Shown: piece by piece, positions 39,089-48,877 of the stretch
Layout of the letters: each line of letters starts with the position of its first letter
Position numbering within the stretch: position 1 is the stretch's first letter
Origin: an uncultured delta proteobacterium
GTDB lineage: Bacteria; Bdellovibrionota; FAC87; UBA2466
Direction of reading: 5' to 3'
NCBI GenBank assembly: GCA_963778115.1
Contig: CAVZSV010000005.1
Coordinates: forward strand, 501,863 to 565,862
DNA length: 64,000 nt
Position numbers and translations under genes: made by a program
Notes under the pieces: model-generated
The model's database searches: none
Told to the model about the DNA's origin: nothing
Seen by the model: the letters and a program-made list of their open reading frames with translations, nothing else

Positions 39089-41325
39089 CCAGCGGCTCCA
39101 AGAACGACCTGCTTTCGGTCAGAAATCTTATGCACTTCGACCAAGAAGTTGATCGCCCAATCATAGATGTTATTGCGCGAGATTAACTCACGCATACGAG
39201 ACATTCTTACCCGACGCTCCTCGCGACTGGAGATTAACGCCCGGTAAATCGCATCGGCAGTGTTGTCCAAATCGTACGGGTTTACCACGTAAGCGTCTTT
39301 GAGTTCCCGGGCAGCGCCCGTAAAGCTACTGAGTATCAACGCGCCTCCGAGATCGGTTCGGGCAGCCACAAATTCCTTAGCTACTAGATTCATTCCGTCA
39401 TGGAGCGAGGTCACCACACACAAATCAGCGGCAGAGTAGAAACGAAATACTTCCTGCTCCGAATGGTGCTCCACCCTTAGCAGAATAGGTTCATAGCTTT
39501 CTCGACCGAATCGACGGTTAATGCGAAGGGAGAGTTCTCTGACTTCGATATCGAGTTCTTGGTACCTTTGAATGTGGGTTCTGCTAGGAGCTGAAATTTG
39601 GATAAAGACAAATCGTCCAATGAGCTCCGGATGCTGCTCCAATAATCTCTCGACAGCACACAGCCGCTCTACAATTCCTTTAGTGTAATCCATTCTGTCG
39701 ACGCCAACGGCAACAATGGCTTCGGAGGGAATCGCCAGTTCGTCTAAGAGCTGAGAGCGGACCGCCGGTATCTGTTCGGCGGGAAAAGCCTGCTTGCTAG
39801 GCCAATCGATGCTTATCGGAAACGGCTTAATGTGGCAGGTGTGGCCTTTCATCGTAACCGTAAAGTTCTCGCGATCCACCCGCGCTTCCATAAAGGAATC
39901 GATCGAGTCCAAGAAGTTATTGCAGTGATGCTGTATGTGAAAACCAATCAAATCCGCTCCCAACATCCCTTCAAGAAGCTCCGTCTTCCAAGGACAGATC
40001 CGAATGGACTCGGGATTCGGCCAAGGAATATGCCAAAAGAGGCTCGTCACGGCGTCAGAACGCCGCTTACGAATCATTTCTGGGAGACTGGCAAAGTGAT
40101 AGTCCTGTATCAGTGCTATCGGTGCCTTCTCTTTCATCTCGTCACAAAACGCAGACGCAAACTTTTCGTTCACCGCTACGTACTGCTTCCAGTCCTCTTT
40201 TCGAAAAATGGGGCGGGTATGCGCAATGTGACAGAGGGGCCAAAGCCCTTCATTGGCGAAACCATAGTAGTATCCTTCTTCCTCTTCACGCGTTAGCCAC
40301 ACGCGTTTAAGAGCGTACTCAGGATTTTGAGGGGGCACCAGAATAACGCCGTGGCGATCCGCCGTCTCTCTGTCAGCGGAGCCACTCCCATGACCAATCC
40401 ATACGCCAGAACAGGCCTTCACGATGGGCTCCATCGCGGTAACTAATCCACTCGCTGGTCGTACGACCTCAATTTTTTTTCCTTTCCGACTGTGAACATA
40501 GGGTTCTCGATTGGCGACGACGCAAATTTGGGATGCCTGGAAAAGGTGCTGCGCCTCCTCGCGCAATCGCCTGGCATCGGTAACCGTGCTATCCACCGGA
40601 GGGCTTGCATTCTTGCGTCTTGAAAATTCGCTCAGAATCTTTGAAAGGTCTTTTACAAATGGCGTAAAGTCCGGATTTTCGAAAACCCCAGCAAGCTTAG
40701 TCGTGTCGCCCTTAAGAAGAGCTTTGACCGCCATGGTCACCTGCTCCATCCGCCGACTGGCACTCCATCGGTAAAGAATCAACGTAACGACAGCCACCAA
40801 GAATAGAAGGACTAGAAAGGCAAAAAGAACGTACTTGCGAGTGAGCATTCCCGCATAGCTCATCGACTTGCTAGAGTCCTGAAAAATGTAGAGCGCCCCC
40901 ACAATGCGGCTTTCGTCATCACGAAGGGGAAATCTCGACTGGAAAACTCCTTGGCGCTCTACCTCAAGAAAGTGGTGAGCAACCGTTTCGCTCATCTGGC
41001 AAGGGATCATTTTCGGTGCTTTGGCGGTGCGCAAAAGGACAGTACCGTCGCTACTACAAACCGTAAGGCCCAGCACTCGCTGCTCGAGCGAAACGCTCTT
41101 TAGCATTTTTTCCGAAATGCGGGGTCTCGGACTTTCAATAGCCGTTGCCAGAGCAGGTTCGACACTCTCGGCAACCAAAGTGGCCCTTTGTTCGAGTTCG
41201 GCCTGCATCGCCTTTCGCTCAAGCCGGTCGAGCAGTCCCAAAAAGGACAAAGCCACAACAACCAGAGCGGGAACCAACATTAATAGAAAGCGCAGCGAAG
41301 TTCGTTTGGTCTTCAACATCATCAT
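39085..41325 (-). CDS. otsA: Trehalose-6-phosphate synthase (GT20) with N-terminal two-TM extracytoplasmic module
   Basis: VANREP, SGLVTA, LWPLCH, QDYH, FWHIPWP, GVDRMDYTKG, DGMNLVAKEF; first ~240 aa are TM-loop-TM-HAMP-like. Confidence 0.92.
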   Translation of the reverse strand: MMMLKTKRTSLRFLLMLVPALVVVALSFLGLLDRLERKAMQAELEQRATLVAESVEPALATAIESPRPRISEKMLKSVSLEQRVLGLTVCSSDGTVLLRTAKAPKMIPCQMSETVAHHFLEVERQGVFQSRFPLRDDESRIVGALYIFQDSSKSMSYAGMLTRKYVLFAFLVLLFLVAVVTLILYRWSASRRMEQVTMAVKALLKGDTTKLAGVFENPDFTPFVKDLSKILSEFSRRKNASPPVDSTVTDARRLREEAQHLFQASQICVVANREPYVHSRKGKKIEVVRPASGLVTAMEPIVKACSGVWIGHGSGSADRETADRHGVILVPPQNPEYALKRVWLTREEEEGYYYGFANEGLWPLCHIAHTRPIFRKEDWKQYVAVNEKFASAFCDEMKEKAPIALIQDYHFASLPEMIRKRRSDAVTSLFWHIPWPNPESIRICPWKTELLEGMLGADLIGFHIQHHCNNFLDSIDSFMEARVDRENFTVTMKGHTCHIKPFPISIDWPSKQAFPAEQIPAVRSQLLDELAIPSEAIVAVGVDRMDYTKGIVERLCAVERLLEQHPELIGRFVFIQISAPSRTHIQRYQELDIEVRELSLRINRRFGRESYEPILLRVEHHSEQEVFRFYSAADLCVVTSLHDGMNLVAKEFVAARTDLGGALILSSFTGAARELKDAYVVNPYDLDNTADAIYRALISSREERRVRMSRMRELISRNNIYDWAINFLVEVHKISDRKQVVLGAAG

Positions 41326-41572
41326 AATTCCAACTTAAAAACCGGCAACTTAGAAGATCCGGACCGATTGAAGGTGCTAGCACCATAACAAATGATGGGA
41401 CTCCGATCCACTATCGAATTCAGTCGTGATTTCGGACACAACGAGACCGAAATTCGGACCTATCCGACGATCTCACACAGAGAACAACGGCAATGAAATT
41501 GCACTGCTCCCCCTCGTGAAAAAACAATTCAGGGCTTGTGGATCAAAGTGATTCATCCAGGAGGATTTTCCA

Positions 41573-42646
41573 GTGTGGACAGAAACCATCTCTTCTTTTT
41601 TCCTAGCGGCGTTAATTACTTCCTGCGGAGCGAAGTCTTCGGATAGCACGGCTCCCTCCCCTCCCGTGGCAATCGCCAAGATCGCAAGCGAAACCGTCTC
41701 TGCGCTGACGTTAGAATTGGTTCCCCTACTGTCCCCCAATAACTATCAAGTGCGACTGCTATGGCCTTGCCGATCCGACGCCGGCACCTGGCTACTGGAG
41801 CGAAAGATTGGATTTGGCCCCTGGCATCCGCTAACCACCCTTCCGGGAGAGACTCAAGAATATCGGGATACGGACATTCGCTCGGGTACCGAATACTCGT
41901 ATGCACTTTCCCGATGGGACGGCCATGCCGATCCGAGAACAATTACCACCATAGCCATTCCCCAAGATCTGGAAATTCGCGAGATAGCCCATTTGTCCTC
42001 TATTCGAGGAGTGCACCGTCTTTTTTTAAGAGGAGGAGCCCGACTCTATCCCGATCATTCACGCCTGTTGATTGATGTTCACGAACTGATTTCCGAGGGC
42101 GGCATCATAGAGACCTTTGCTGAAAATAGTCGAGCAGCCGAGGGGGAAAATGGGCGCTCCGGAGGAACCGTTCGACTCTTTGCCCAGACGGCACGCGGAG
42201 ATCTAACGATCTTGGCGCGCGGAGAACACGGCGGGCAAGGCAGAACGGGCCGAACGGGAAAGGATTCCCCGGACCCTGGCGCGGAAGGAGAAACGGGAGA
42301 AAGCGGAGGTACCGGTGGCAACGGTGGAAATAGTGGCCGCGTTTGCGTAAAAATTGCCACCGCTTCCCCGATACAAGTACGAATTCTACGTTTCCCGGGT
42401 GATGCGGGGTCCGCTGGAATGCCGGGACACGGCGGCGTGGGAGCTAACGCAAACCTGAGTGTGTTCGAAGCCATCCGTCGCAACGCTAGCTCCCCTTTTG
42501 TAATGGGACGAACCGGAAAATCCGGAGGGATGGGAAGAACCGGGCGCTCGGGCAGCGAGGACCCTTTCTGTTTACAGATCGGAGAGACGACCTATGGAGA
42601 TTGTGAAAAGCTAAGATGGATCGAAGGACCTAGTGAAATCTGGTAG
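41573..42646 (+). CDS. Lipoprotein with FN3-like domain and collagen-like Gly-X-Y stretches
   Basis: AGGAGG RBS, lipobox ITSC, Y.DTD...G.EYSY FN3 signature, GxxGxxG repeats. Confidence 0.65.
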   Translation: MWTETISSFFLAALITSCGAKSSDSTAPSPPVAIAKIASETVSALTLELVPLLSPNNYQVRLLWPCRSDAGTWLLERKIGFGPWHPLTTLPGETQEYRDTDIRSGTEYSYALSRWDGHADPRTITTIAIPQDLEIREIAHLSSIRGVHRLFLRGGARLYPDHSRLLIDVHELISEGGIIETFAENSRAAEGENGRSGGTVRLFAQTARGDLTILARGEHGGQGRTGRTGKDSPDPGAEGETGESGGTGGNGGNSGRVCVKIATASPIQVRILRFPGDAGSAGMPGHGGVGANANLSVFEAIRRNASSPFVMGRTGKSGGMGRTGRSGSEDPFCLQIGETTYGDCEKLRWIEGPSEIW

Positions 42647-42675
42647 CTCCCTCGCCTGGCGCGATGGGAGCTACC
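42642..42675. terminator. Hairpin between convergent genes
   Basis: GGTAGCTCCC ... GGGAGCTACC inverted repeat. Confidence 0.55.
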
Positions 42676-42687
42676 CCAGGTTTCCAC

Positions 42688-44211
42688 TTAATAGACGTAG
42701 CCGCCTAAGACAATCTCTTGCGTCGAGCACGTTGTCGTCGCACCCGTCGATACGTCTTCTACCGTCACGGTAAGCAAGTACGTATTGGAATTGTAGATCG
42801 TGACATTAGCCGAGAGATCGCCCGGATTTAGCGAGAAATTTCCGTTCGCATAGTTGTCGGTGCTAATACCGGTAATCTGAACATATCCATTGTTGTAGCT
42901 AGGAATGACCGAGGCTACAAAAGTGTTACCCGCATAAGCCGGATTAGAAGAAGAATATAGGCTGCACGTGAGTACAGGAATTGCCGTCACCGATCCGATC
43001 GATATCGAAGCCTGAAGGCTAGAGCCCGAATTACAATATTTTCCGGTCGAAGTCGATTGCGCCGTCGCGGTCACCGTTTGAGTGCCCGACGCGTTAAACT
43101 CGACCGAAGCGGAAGCTCCTTGGTAGGCGACGACCTGACCGTTGGATGCGGTCATTTGCGTAATTTGTAATGTCTCTCCATCACTCGCGGTTACCGTAAA
43201 AGCCACGGTATCCCCAGGGATATACGCCCCTGGAGAATAACTTAACGAACAATTTAGCGCCACCGACTGGCTGAACGAAATCGGAGCGTTCACGGATGCC
43301 GTTTGGACTCCGTTGGTCGCCGTTACTTTTACATTGAAATTATGGTTCGCATTATCAGTGGCGACGACGGTAGCTGAAGCTCCGCTCGGAGTGATCTGAA
43401 TATTCGGTTCGCTAGTCGTAAAGGTGTAAGTGGGAGTACTGGTAAAATTAGACGGCGTAGCGACCAAAGTTACGGTAGTACCATCGGACACCGTTCCTGA
43501 AGGGCTTACCGATACGGTAACACTGGGAACCGGTACCACCATCGTAGCTTCGGAACAGCTCGCCACATCACCATCCGAGTCGCTCACATAAGCAACTGCC
43601 GTTTTTAATCCCTGCGATCCATAAGAAATGATGGCTTGGGCTTGAGCGGAGCTCACTGATGCCAAGCGACTCACGACGGTTGCCGAATTATCGCCCGGAT
43701 TTAGTGAAGTGAACGTGTAAGGCATCGTTCCGCCCGTAACGGTTACGGCAAAATCGACATTCCCGCCCACCAGTTGAGTCGTGGGACTGCCTACTAGCGT
43801 ACAGGCAAGTGCCGAGCCCGTGTTCGAACCCGACGGCGCCACCGTCACGGTAAAGAAACAGGTGGCGGTATTGCTGACGGCATCGGTCACGGTAACTTCG
43901 TCATCCACCGTGGTTTGGCTTGTGGTTGAATTAGTATAGGTTCGAGAGATAGACGTAGAACTATCAAAAGTTCCAGCGCCACTAATCGAATAGGGTACCG
44001 TTCCTCCAGTCGCCGACACGGTTATCGCGACTGCAACCCCCGACTGTGCGGTCGCCGTGGGAACCGCAGAACAGGTAAAGGTACTTGTGGTACTTCCCCC
44101 ACCGCCGTTGGTTACGGTAACCCCACTATTGGGTATTTCTAAATTACAGGAGGTGACAAGAGTAAATAGGACAGACACCACCGACCATTTGAATAGGCGA
44201 CGTAAGGACAT
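42688..44211 (-). CDS. Ser/Thr-rich lipoprotein with ~5 tandem Ig-like repeats
   Basis: GGAGG RBS, lipobox VTSC, repeated (L/F)xC...GGT.PY...V.D....C units. Confidence 0.7.
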   Translation of the reverse strand: MSLRRLFKWSVVSVLFTLVTSCNLEIPNSGVTVTNGGGGSTTSTFTCSAVPTATAQSGVAVAITVSATGGTVPYSISGAGTFDSSTSISRTYTNSTTSQTTVDDEVTVTDAVSNTATCFFTVTVAPSGSNTGSALACTLVGSPTTQLVGGNVDFAVTVTGGTMPYTFTSLNPGDNSATVVSRLASVSSAQAQAIISYGSQGLKTAVAYVSDSDGDVASCSEATMVVPVPSVTVSVSPSGTVSDGTTVTLVATPSNFTSTPTYTFTTSEPNIQITPSGASATVVATDNANHNFNVKVTATNGVQTASVNAPISFSQSVALNCSLSYSPGAYIPGDTVAFTVTASDGETLQITQMTASNGQVVAYQGASASVEFNASGTQTVTATAQSTSTGKYCNSGSSLQASISIGSVTAIPVLTCSLYSSSNPAYAGNTFVASVIPSYNNGYVQITGISTDNYANGNFSLNPGDLSANVTIYNSNTYLLTVTVEDVSTGATTTCSTQEIVLGGYVY

Positions 44212-44593
44212 GAACTTTCTCCTCCAACCAAACTTTTTAATCGTAACGCACTCAAGCGATGCAAAGAGTGATCCGAGGGAACTTCAAAATAAATTCTTAG
44301 TTACTTAGGCGAGTTATGTGAACACTCGGTGAATTCGGCGGGGGTATTTGTTGTCAATCGACGGGTAGGGTCGTTTTGGTATACGACGGTATACGGGCCC
44401 TTTCTCTTAAGAGTTAGGTTTGGGGGACTTACGGTCCTTTGGCGTGGGGGTGCGCAAGAGTGTGTTAATACGTCCGCTTGCCACTACACCATATCGCGTC
44501 ATGAACCCTTTAGGACACCGCACTGAAAATTCATGCAAAATCCCCCCTTAAATCCTCGGTATATCGAAGAAAAGATCCGATAAGTACAAGGAG

Positions 44594-45586
44594 ATGAAAC
44601 CTCTGTCGTGCAAGCTAGCCCTTTTCGCTTTGGGCATTTTGCTTCTACCACCTACACGCGCGTTTTGTGCAACGGTGGAAAGAGTCTCAGTAGATCAGCA
44701 GAGTTTCGCCGTTTTGAATTCAGAGGATACTTCCTGGAAAAACGGAGACTCTGTTTGCGTTCTTCACGACTCAAAACAAGTCGCCTGCGGAAAAGTGATT
44801 AAGACCTCCGCCAAGGGCGTCATTGTCAGTGTCGAAACCCGAAGCGAAAAGATTGAAGAAGGGGACGACGTCGAGCTGACCTCCCCTCGAGCACCAGCCA
44901 ATAATGATGACGTGGGATTTGCTTCTGAGGGCGACGATGAACAAGAGCCCGTAAAACCAGAGAAAGAGACCGCCGAAGAATACAAAGCCCGGATCGACTC
45001 CATGGATCGACTTCAGATTGTAGACTACCACCGCGAGCTGATTCATCGTCGCGGGGAAATTCTGCTCAGTGACGGAACCTACGGCCTCCAAGAGACCCTT
45101 AAAAGAAACTACAACCTAAGTCTGGGGGCTCAGCTTTTTGGGACCTCGACGGCCAGCTCCCTCTGGCCACAGCTCTATTTTCAAGTCGCTCTGTCTAAGG
45201 CGTACTCGGTGGGTTTTGCCCTAAACTATTATCAGTATTCGGTCTCAGGCATCGGCGTAAACACAATGGCGGGATTTGGAATGTTCGAATACACGCCCAT
45301 GGATACCCTGCATGGCGTATTTTCCCGTTTAGGAATAGGACTAGGCTTTTCTAATTACAACTCCCCCTCCGCAGATGGGAGTACCATCCTGACCGGTAAT
45401 GCGCTTTCGGTAAATTTTATTGGCAACATCGGATGGCGATGGCTTGTGGGAGACAATTTCAATATGGCCTTGAGCGCTGGCGTTATGGTTTCCAAACTCC
45501 CCGTCGGAGAGAGCGGAGCCGCCAACTCGGGAAATGCAGCGGTTCTTTTGCCGATGGGCCTATTTGAAATGGGCTTTTGCTTTTAG
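44594..45586 (+). CDS. Exported protein: small N-terminal beta domain plus C-terminal beta-barrel
   Basis: Signal peptide; N-domain similar to that of 23973..25625; IGWRW strand and terminal Phe. Confidence 0.6.
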   Translation: MKPLSCKLALFALGILLLPPTRAFCATVERVSVDQQSFAVLNSEDTSWKNGDSVCVLHDSKQVACGKVIKTSAKGVIVSVETRSEKIEEGDDVELTSPRAPANNDDVGFASEGDDEQEPVKPEKETAEEYKARIDSMDRLQIVDYHRELIHRRGEILLSDGTYGLQETLKRNYNLSLGAQLFGTSTASSLWPQLYFQVALSKAYSVGFALNYYQYSVSGIGVNTMAGFGMFEYTPMDTLHGVFSRLGIGLGFSNYNSPSADGSTILTGNALSVNFIGNIGWRWLVGDNFNMALSAGVMVSKLPVGESGAANSGNAAVLLPMGLFEMGFCF

Positions 45587-45607
45587 TCTACTTGCTTGCC
45601 CACACTT

Positions 45608-46879
45608 CTATTGATCAAAGCCGGGATAGGTGTCCCCAAATCCTTGATCCGCGCCGTTATAGGGTGGTGAGGAATCGGGGACCAAGATCCAATCCGGAAA
45701 ATTAAGTACGTCGTGATCGGAAAACGGAACCCCTTCTGGCCCTGCGACTCCGGCCGTGCCTTCCGCGGCAAAAGCGGAATGCGTGCTCCAGCTTCTCACT
45801 AGTACCCTTTCCCGATTGATAATATCGCCCGCTTCATCCAGACATTCCCATTCGTACCAGGGCTGAGCCGATCTTACATTCGTAGTGAGCCCTACTTTTG
45901 CGGGATTGGACGGCCAAAAGGCCAATGGAACACTGGCGGGAATGGGATTAGCTTCGGTGACTGTGTAAGGACCTTCCCAGTAGTTTGAAGCATAGGTGTT
46001 GCTATTTCTCTGGGTGAAAGTAATAGGAGCCGCCACTACCAACGTGTTGTTCAAATTTTGTCCGTCTAAGAAAGTGATGATGTGCTCGGGATACCCCTCC
46101 GCATCCTTCACCGTACTTGCCGTCGCGGGACCATTGAGACAGTTCGAATTCATTCCGGACCACTTAGCCACTGTAGTGGTGGTCGTACTGGTCGGGGGAA
46201 CGACCGTGTCATCCACTGTCGTCACATTAAGCGTATAGCTTCCTTCACAGCAGTTAGGGCCAGGGGAGATTCCGTTGAGATAGGAATAGTCCCAACTGCA
46301 CGTTAAAGTTCCCGAGGGAGTCAGACAGGCCGAACTACCCGCTCCACAGCCGCCGCCGGTATCGCCACCTACTCCGGCTACAACCGGAGTTCCTCCATCG
46401 GTGATTGTTTCATTCACCGTCGTCGGAGCTAGTCCGGTCTGGTACTGATAATAGAAATAGGCTAGCGATCGTAGATAGGAACATTGAGCCGTAGGAGCTT
46501 GGATGGCGAAGGTCAACCCCAGATCGTAAAGATCCTCTTCTTGAATTTCCAATAAACACACCAGATCCTGATTGGGGCTCGCCGCTGTCGCATCACACGA
46601 CTTGGTCCAGTCTCCATTAAGGTGAAGATAGCTCGTGGTGTTGGCGTGCGTATTCACATCCACATAGAAGTCGGTCGTGGCAAAAGTGAAGCCCGAGCTA
46701 TCGCCGGTGGATGAGGTCGTTCCCGAACTTCCCGAGCTGCCAGAACTGCCCGAGCCCGAACTGCCAGAACTGCCCGACCCCCCCGTGCTTGCTCCATTAT
46801 TGCTGACGGTACCGCAGCCGCCTAGAGTGAGTAGTACAAACATCCCCACTGTCCAAATTGGTTGAAAGCAATTTTTCAT
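45608..46879 (-). CDS. Cys-rich lipoprotein of unknown function with GSS linker
   Basis: Lipobox LGGC, (GSS)n linker, GPNCCEG motif. Confidence 0.65.
   Translation of the reverse strand: MKNCFQPIWTVGMFVLLTLGGCGTVSNNGASTGGSGSSGSSGSGSSGSSGSSGTTSSTGDSSGFTFATTDFYVDVNTHANTTSYLHLNGDWTKSCDATAASPNQDLVCLLEIQEEDLYDLGLTFAIQAPTAQCSYLRSLAYFYYQYQTGLAPTTVNETITDGGTPVVAGVGGDTGGGCGAGSSACLTPSGTLTCSWDYSYLNGISPGPNCCEGSYTLNVTTVDDTVVPPTSTTTTTVAKWSGMNSNCLNGPATASTVKDAEGYPEHIITFLDGQNLNNTLVVAAPITFTQRNSNTYASNYWEGPYTVTEANPIPASVPLAFWPSNPAKVGLTTNVRSAQPWYEWECLDEAGDIINRERVLVRSWSTHSAFAAEGTAGVAGPEGVPFSDHDVLNFPDWILVPDSSPPYNGADQGFGDTYPGFDQ
46722..46783. repeat. Imperfect 9-bp tandem repeat encoding Gly-Ser-Ser linker
   Basis: CCCGAACTT/CCCGAGCTG/CCAGAACTG units. 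Confidence 0.6.
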
Positions 46880-47120
46880 GGAATTCGACCCTGTCTATGC
46901 GGCCGGCCGTAGCCACTTATCCTATAGTAGTATTATAGATTTTCTTGCACCGCGTTTTAACTGGTCAATCATGGACTGATTGTGAAGCAATGATGAAGAA
47001 CACCCCAAACTTAGTAAGTGGAATATGGCGATTGTGTCCCTGCGCTAAGAACTCTGACCTTTCGTTGACGGCCAACTAGCACCGATGAATAATGCACCGA
47101 GGGCGGATTAGGGTAATTTT

Positions 47121-48200
47121 ATGAACTTTCAATTCATTTCGCGGTTTGGGTATTTTTTGGCTGTGGTGACATTGGGCCTGTTTTCCTTGGGGGGCAGTAA
47201 CACTTTTGCTTTCGAAGCACTTCCCAAGAAACCACCCGTCCCCAAAAATAATCCAATCACTCCCGCCAAGATCGAGATTGGAAAGCAACTCTATTTCGAT
47301 ACGCGTATCTCCAAAGACGGGACCGTCTCTTGTAACTCTTGTCACAGTGTCATGGGAAGTGGTGAGGACAATCGCGCCAATTCGGTCGGGGTTCACGGGA
47401 ACCACGGAACTCGGACCGCCCCCACCGTTTGGAATTCCGCTTTCATGTCGGTTCTTTTTTGGGATGGCCGTGCTGCCTCCCTGGAAGAACAGGCCAAAGG
47501 CCCCATGATAAATCCCGTGGAAATGGGAATGGATAATCATCAAGAGGTGGAAAAGCGAATCCGAAGTATTCCTGGGTATGTGAAAGAGTTCGATGCCGCC
47601 TTTAAGGAGCGCCCCTCGGTCACCATCGATACTATTACCAAAGCCATTGCCACCTACGAGCGTACCCTTTTGACGCCGAATAGCCCTTTTGACAAATTCA
47701 TTAAAGGCAATCACTCGGCTATCTCTGCAGCCGCCAAGCGCGGAATGAAATTGGTGGAGGAGAAAGGTTGTCTCGCATGTCACAACGGCCCTAACTTCGC
47801 TGGATCTGACGCCGTGGGCGAAGGTCGCTACTTGAAATTTCCCATGGTTCCCGACACGGAGTACGAAAAGAAATACCATCTGACCGATGATCCAGGCCGA
47901 TTCAACGTCACAAAGGATGAAACGGACAGAAACACCTGGAGAACTCCGACGTGGCGAAATGTGGCCATCACAGCCCCCTACTTTCATAACGGCCAAGTAA
48001 AGACCTTGGATGAAGCGGTAAGGGTAATGGTCAAAGTCCAGCTGAACAAAGATGCCACCGATGACGAAGTGAAGGACATCGTAGCTTTCCTAGAGAGTCT
48101 GACGGGAGAGATTCCGACACAGACGATGCCCCATCTTCCGCAAACGCCGACCCACACAGTGCTCGTCGACGATGCTCCTCCGGTTGCCTCGGCCAAATAA
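47121..48200 (+). CDS. Diheme cytochrome c peroxidase (CcpA/MauG family)
   Basis: GKQLYFDTRIS, SCNSCH, FWDGRA, GCLACHNG, RTPTWRNVAITAPYFHNG. Confidence 0.93.
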   Translation: MNFQFISRFGYFLAVVTLGLFSLGGSNTFAFEALPKKPPVPKNNPITPAKIEIGKQLYFDTRISKDGTVSCNSCHSVMGSGEDNRANSVGVHGNHGTRTAPTVWNSAFMSVLFWDGRAASLEEQAKGPMINPVEMGMDNHQEVEKRIRSIPGYVKEFDAAFKERPSVTIDTITKAIATYERTLLTPNSPFDKFIKGNHSAISAAAKRGMKLVEEKGCLACHNGPNFAGSDAVGEGRYLKFPMVPDTEYEKKYHLTDDPGRFNVTKDETDRNTWRTPTWRNVAITAPYFHNGQVKTLDEAVRVMVKVQLNKDATDDEVKDIVAFLESLTGEIPTQTMPHLPQTPTHTVLVDDAPPVASAK

Positions 48201-48214
48201 GAAGAGGAATAAAA

Positions 48215-48877
48215 CTATGAGACGTTGCGCGTGATCCAGGCTCGGACACGCGGATCGGTAGAACCATTGCGGCGGTACGAAGGCCAATGGGGTGTCGAAC
48301 AAAAGGTACACGGGTTATGGAGGTGGATATTTTTTGCGGGAAGAGAGCTTAATTCCTTTTCGACAACGAAGCGACTGAGATCAAAGTAATGGCTAACCCT
48401 CTGCTCCCCTGGCGCAGGCCTGGAGGTCAGAAAATTGGTGATGTCCGCTCTTTGGGAGCTAAACTCTTGGATAAAATCTTCTCGAACTTCAAAACAGCAT
48501 TCTCGAATAGAAGGCCCCAGCACCGCGTGCAGCTGCTCGGGTGCTGTCTTCAGCCCGGCGATAGCTCCGCTTACGATTCCTTTCATTGTCCCTCTCCATC
48601 CGGAATGGATAGCGGCGATGGGGCCTCCTTCCAACTCCGAAAATAACAATACCGGTAAACAGTCGGCGCAAAATACCCAGAGCATAACTCCCCGTTTTTG
48701 TGTCCACACGCCGTCAGCGTCGGGAGGACTTCGCACAAGCTCCTCTTTCTTTCGATTGTCCTGACACTCCACCACGTCAGTCCCATGAACTTGGTGAACT
48801 AAACCCTGAGATTGTGCCTTAGGCTCCGCAGAAAAACCGAAGGTAACTTTTCCCAGCGGAAAATCTATTTCAATCAT
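48215..48877 (-). CDS. pgeF: YfiH/PgeF (laccase-domain, purine nucleoside phosphorylase) family protein
   Basis: QVHG, ADCLPV, HSGWRG, GPSIRECCFEV, SYRR; follows rluD. Confidence 0.88.
   Translation of the reverse strand: MIEIDFPLGKVTFGFSAEPKAQSQGLVHQVHGTDVVECQDNRKKEELVRSPPDADGVWTQKRGVMLWVFCADCLPVLLFSELEGGPIAAIHSGWRGTMKGIVSGAIAGLKTAPEQLHAVLGPSIRECCFEVREDFIQEFSSQRADITNFLTSRPAPGEQRVSHYFDLSRFVVEKELSSLPAKNIHLHNPCTFCSTPHWPSYRRNGSTDPRVRAWITRNVS

Noticed and set aside
41373..41384. Palindrome GGTGCTAGCACC upstream of otsA
   Set aside because: A single 12-bp palindrome can arise by chance; no second copy seen.
47076..47996. 306-aa minus-strand ORF
   Set aside because: Antisense to the well-supported cytochrome c peroxidase.
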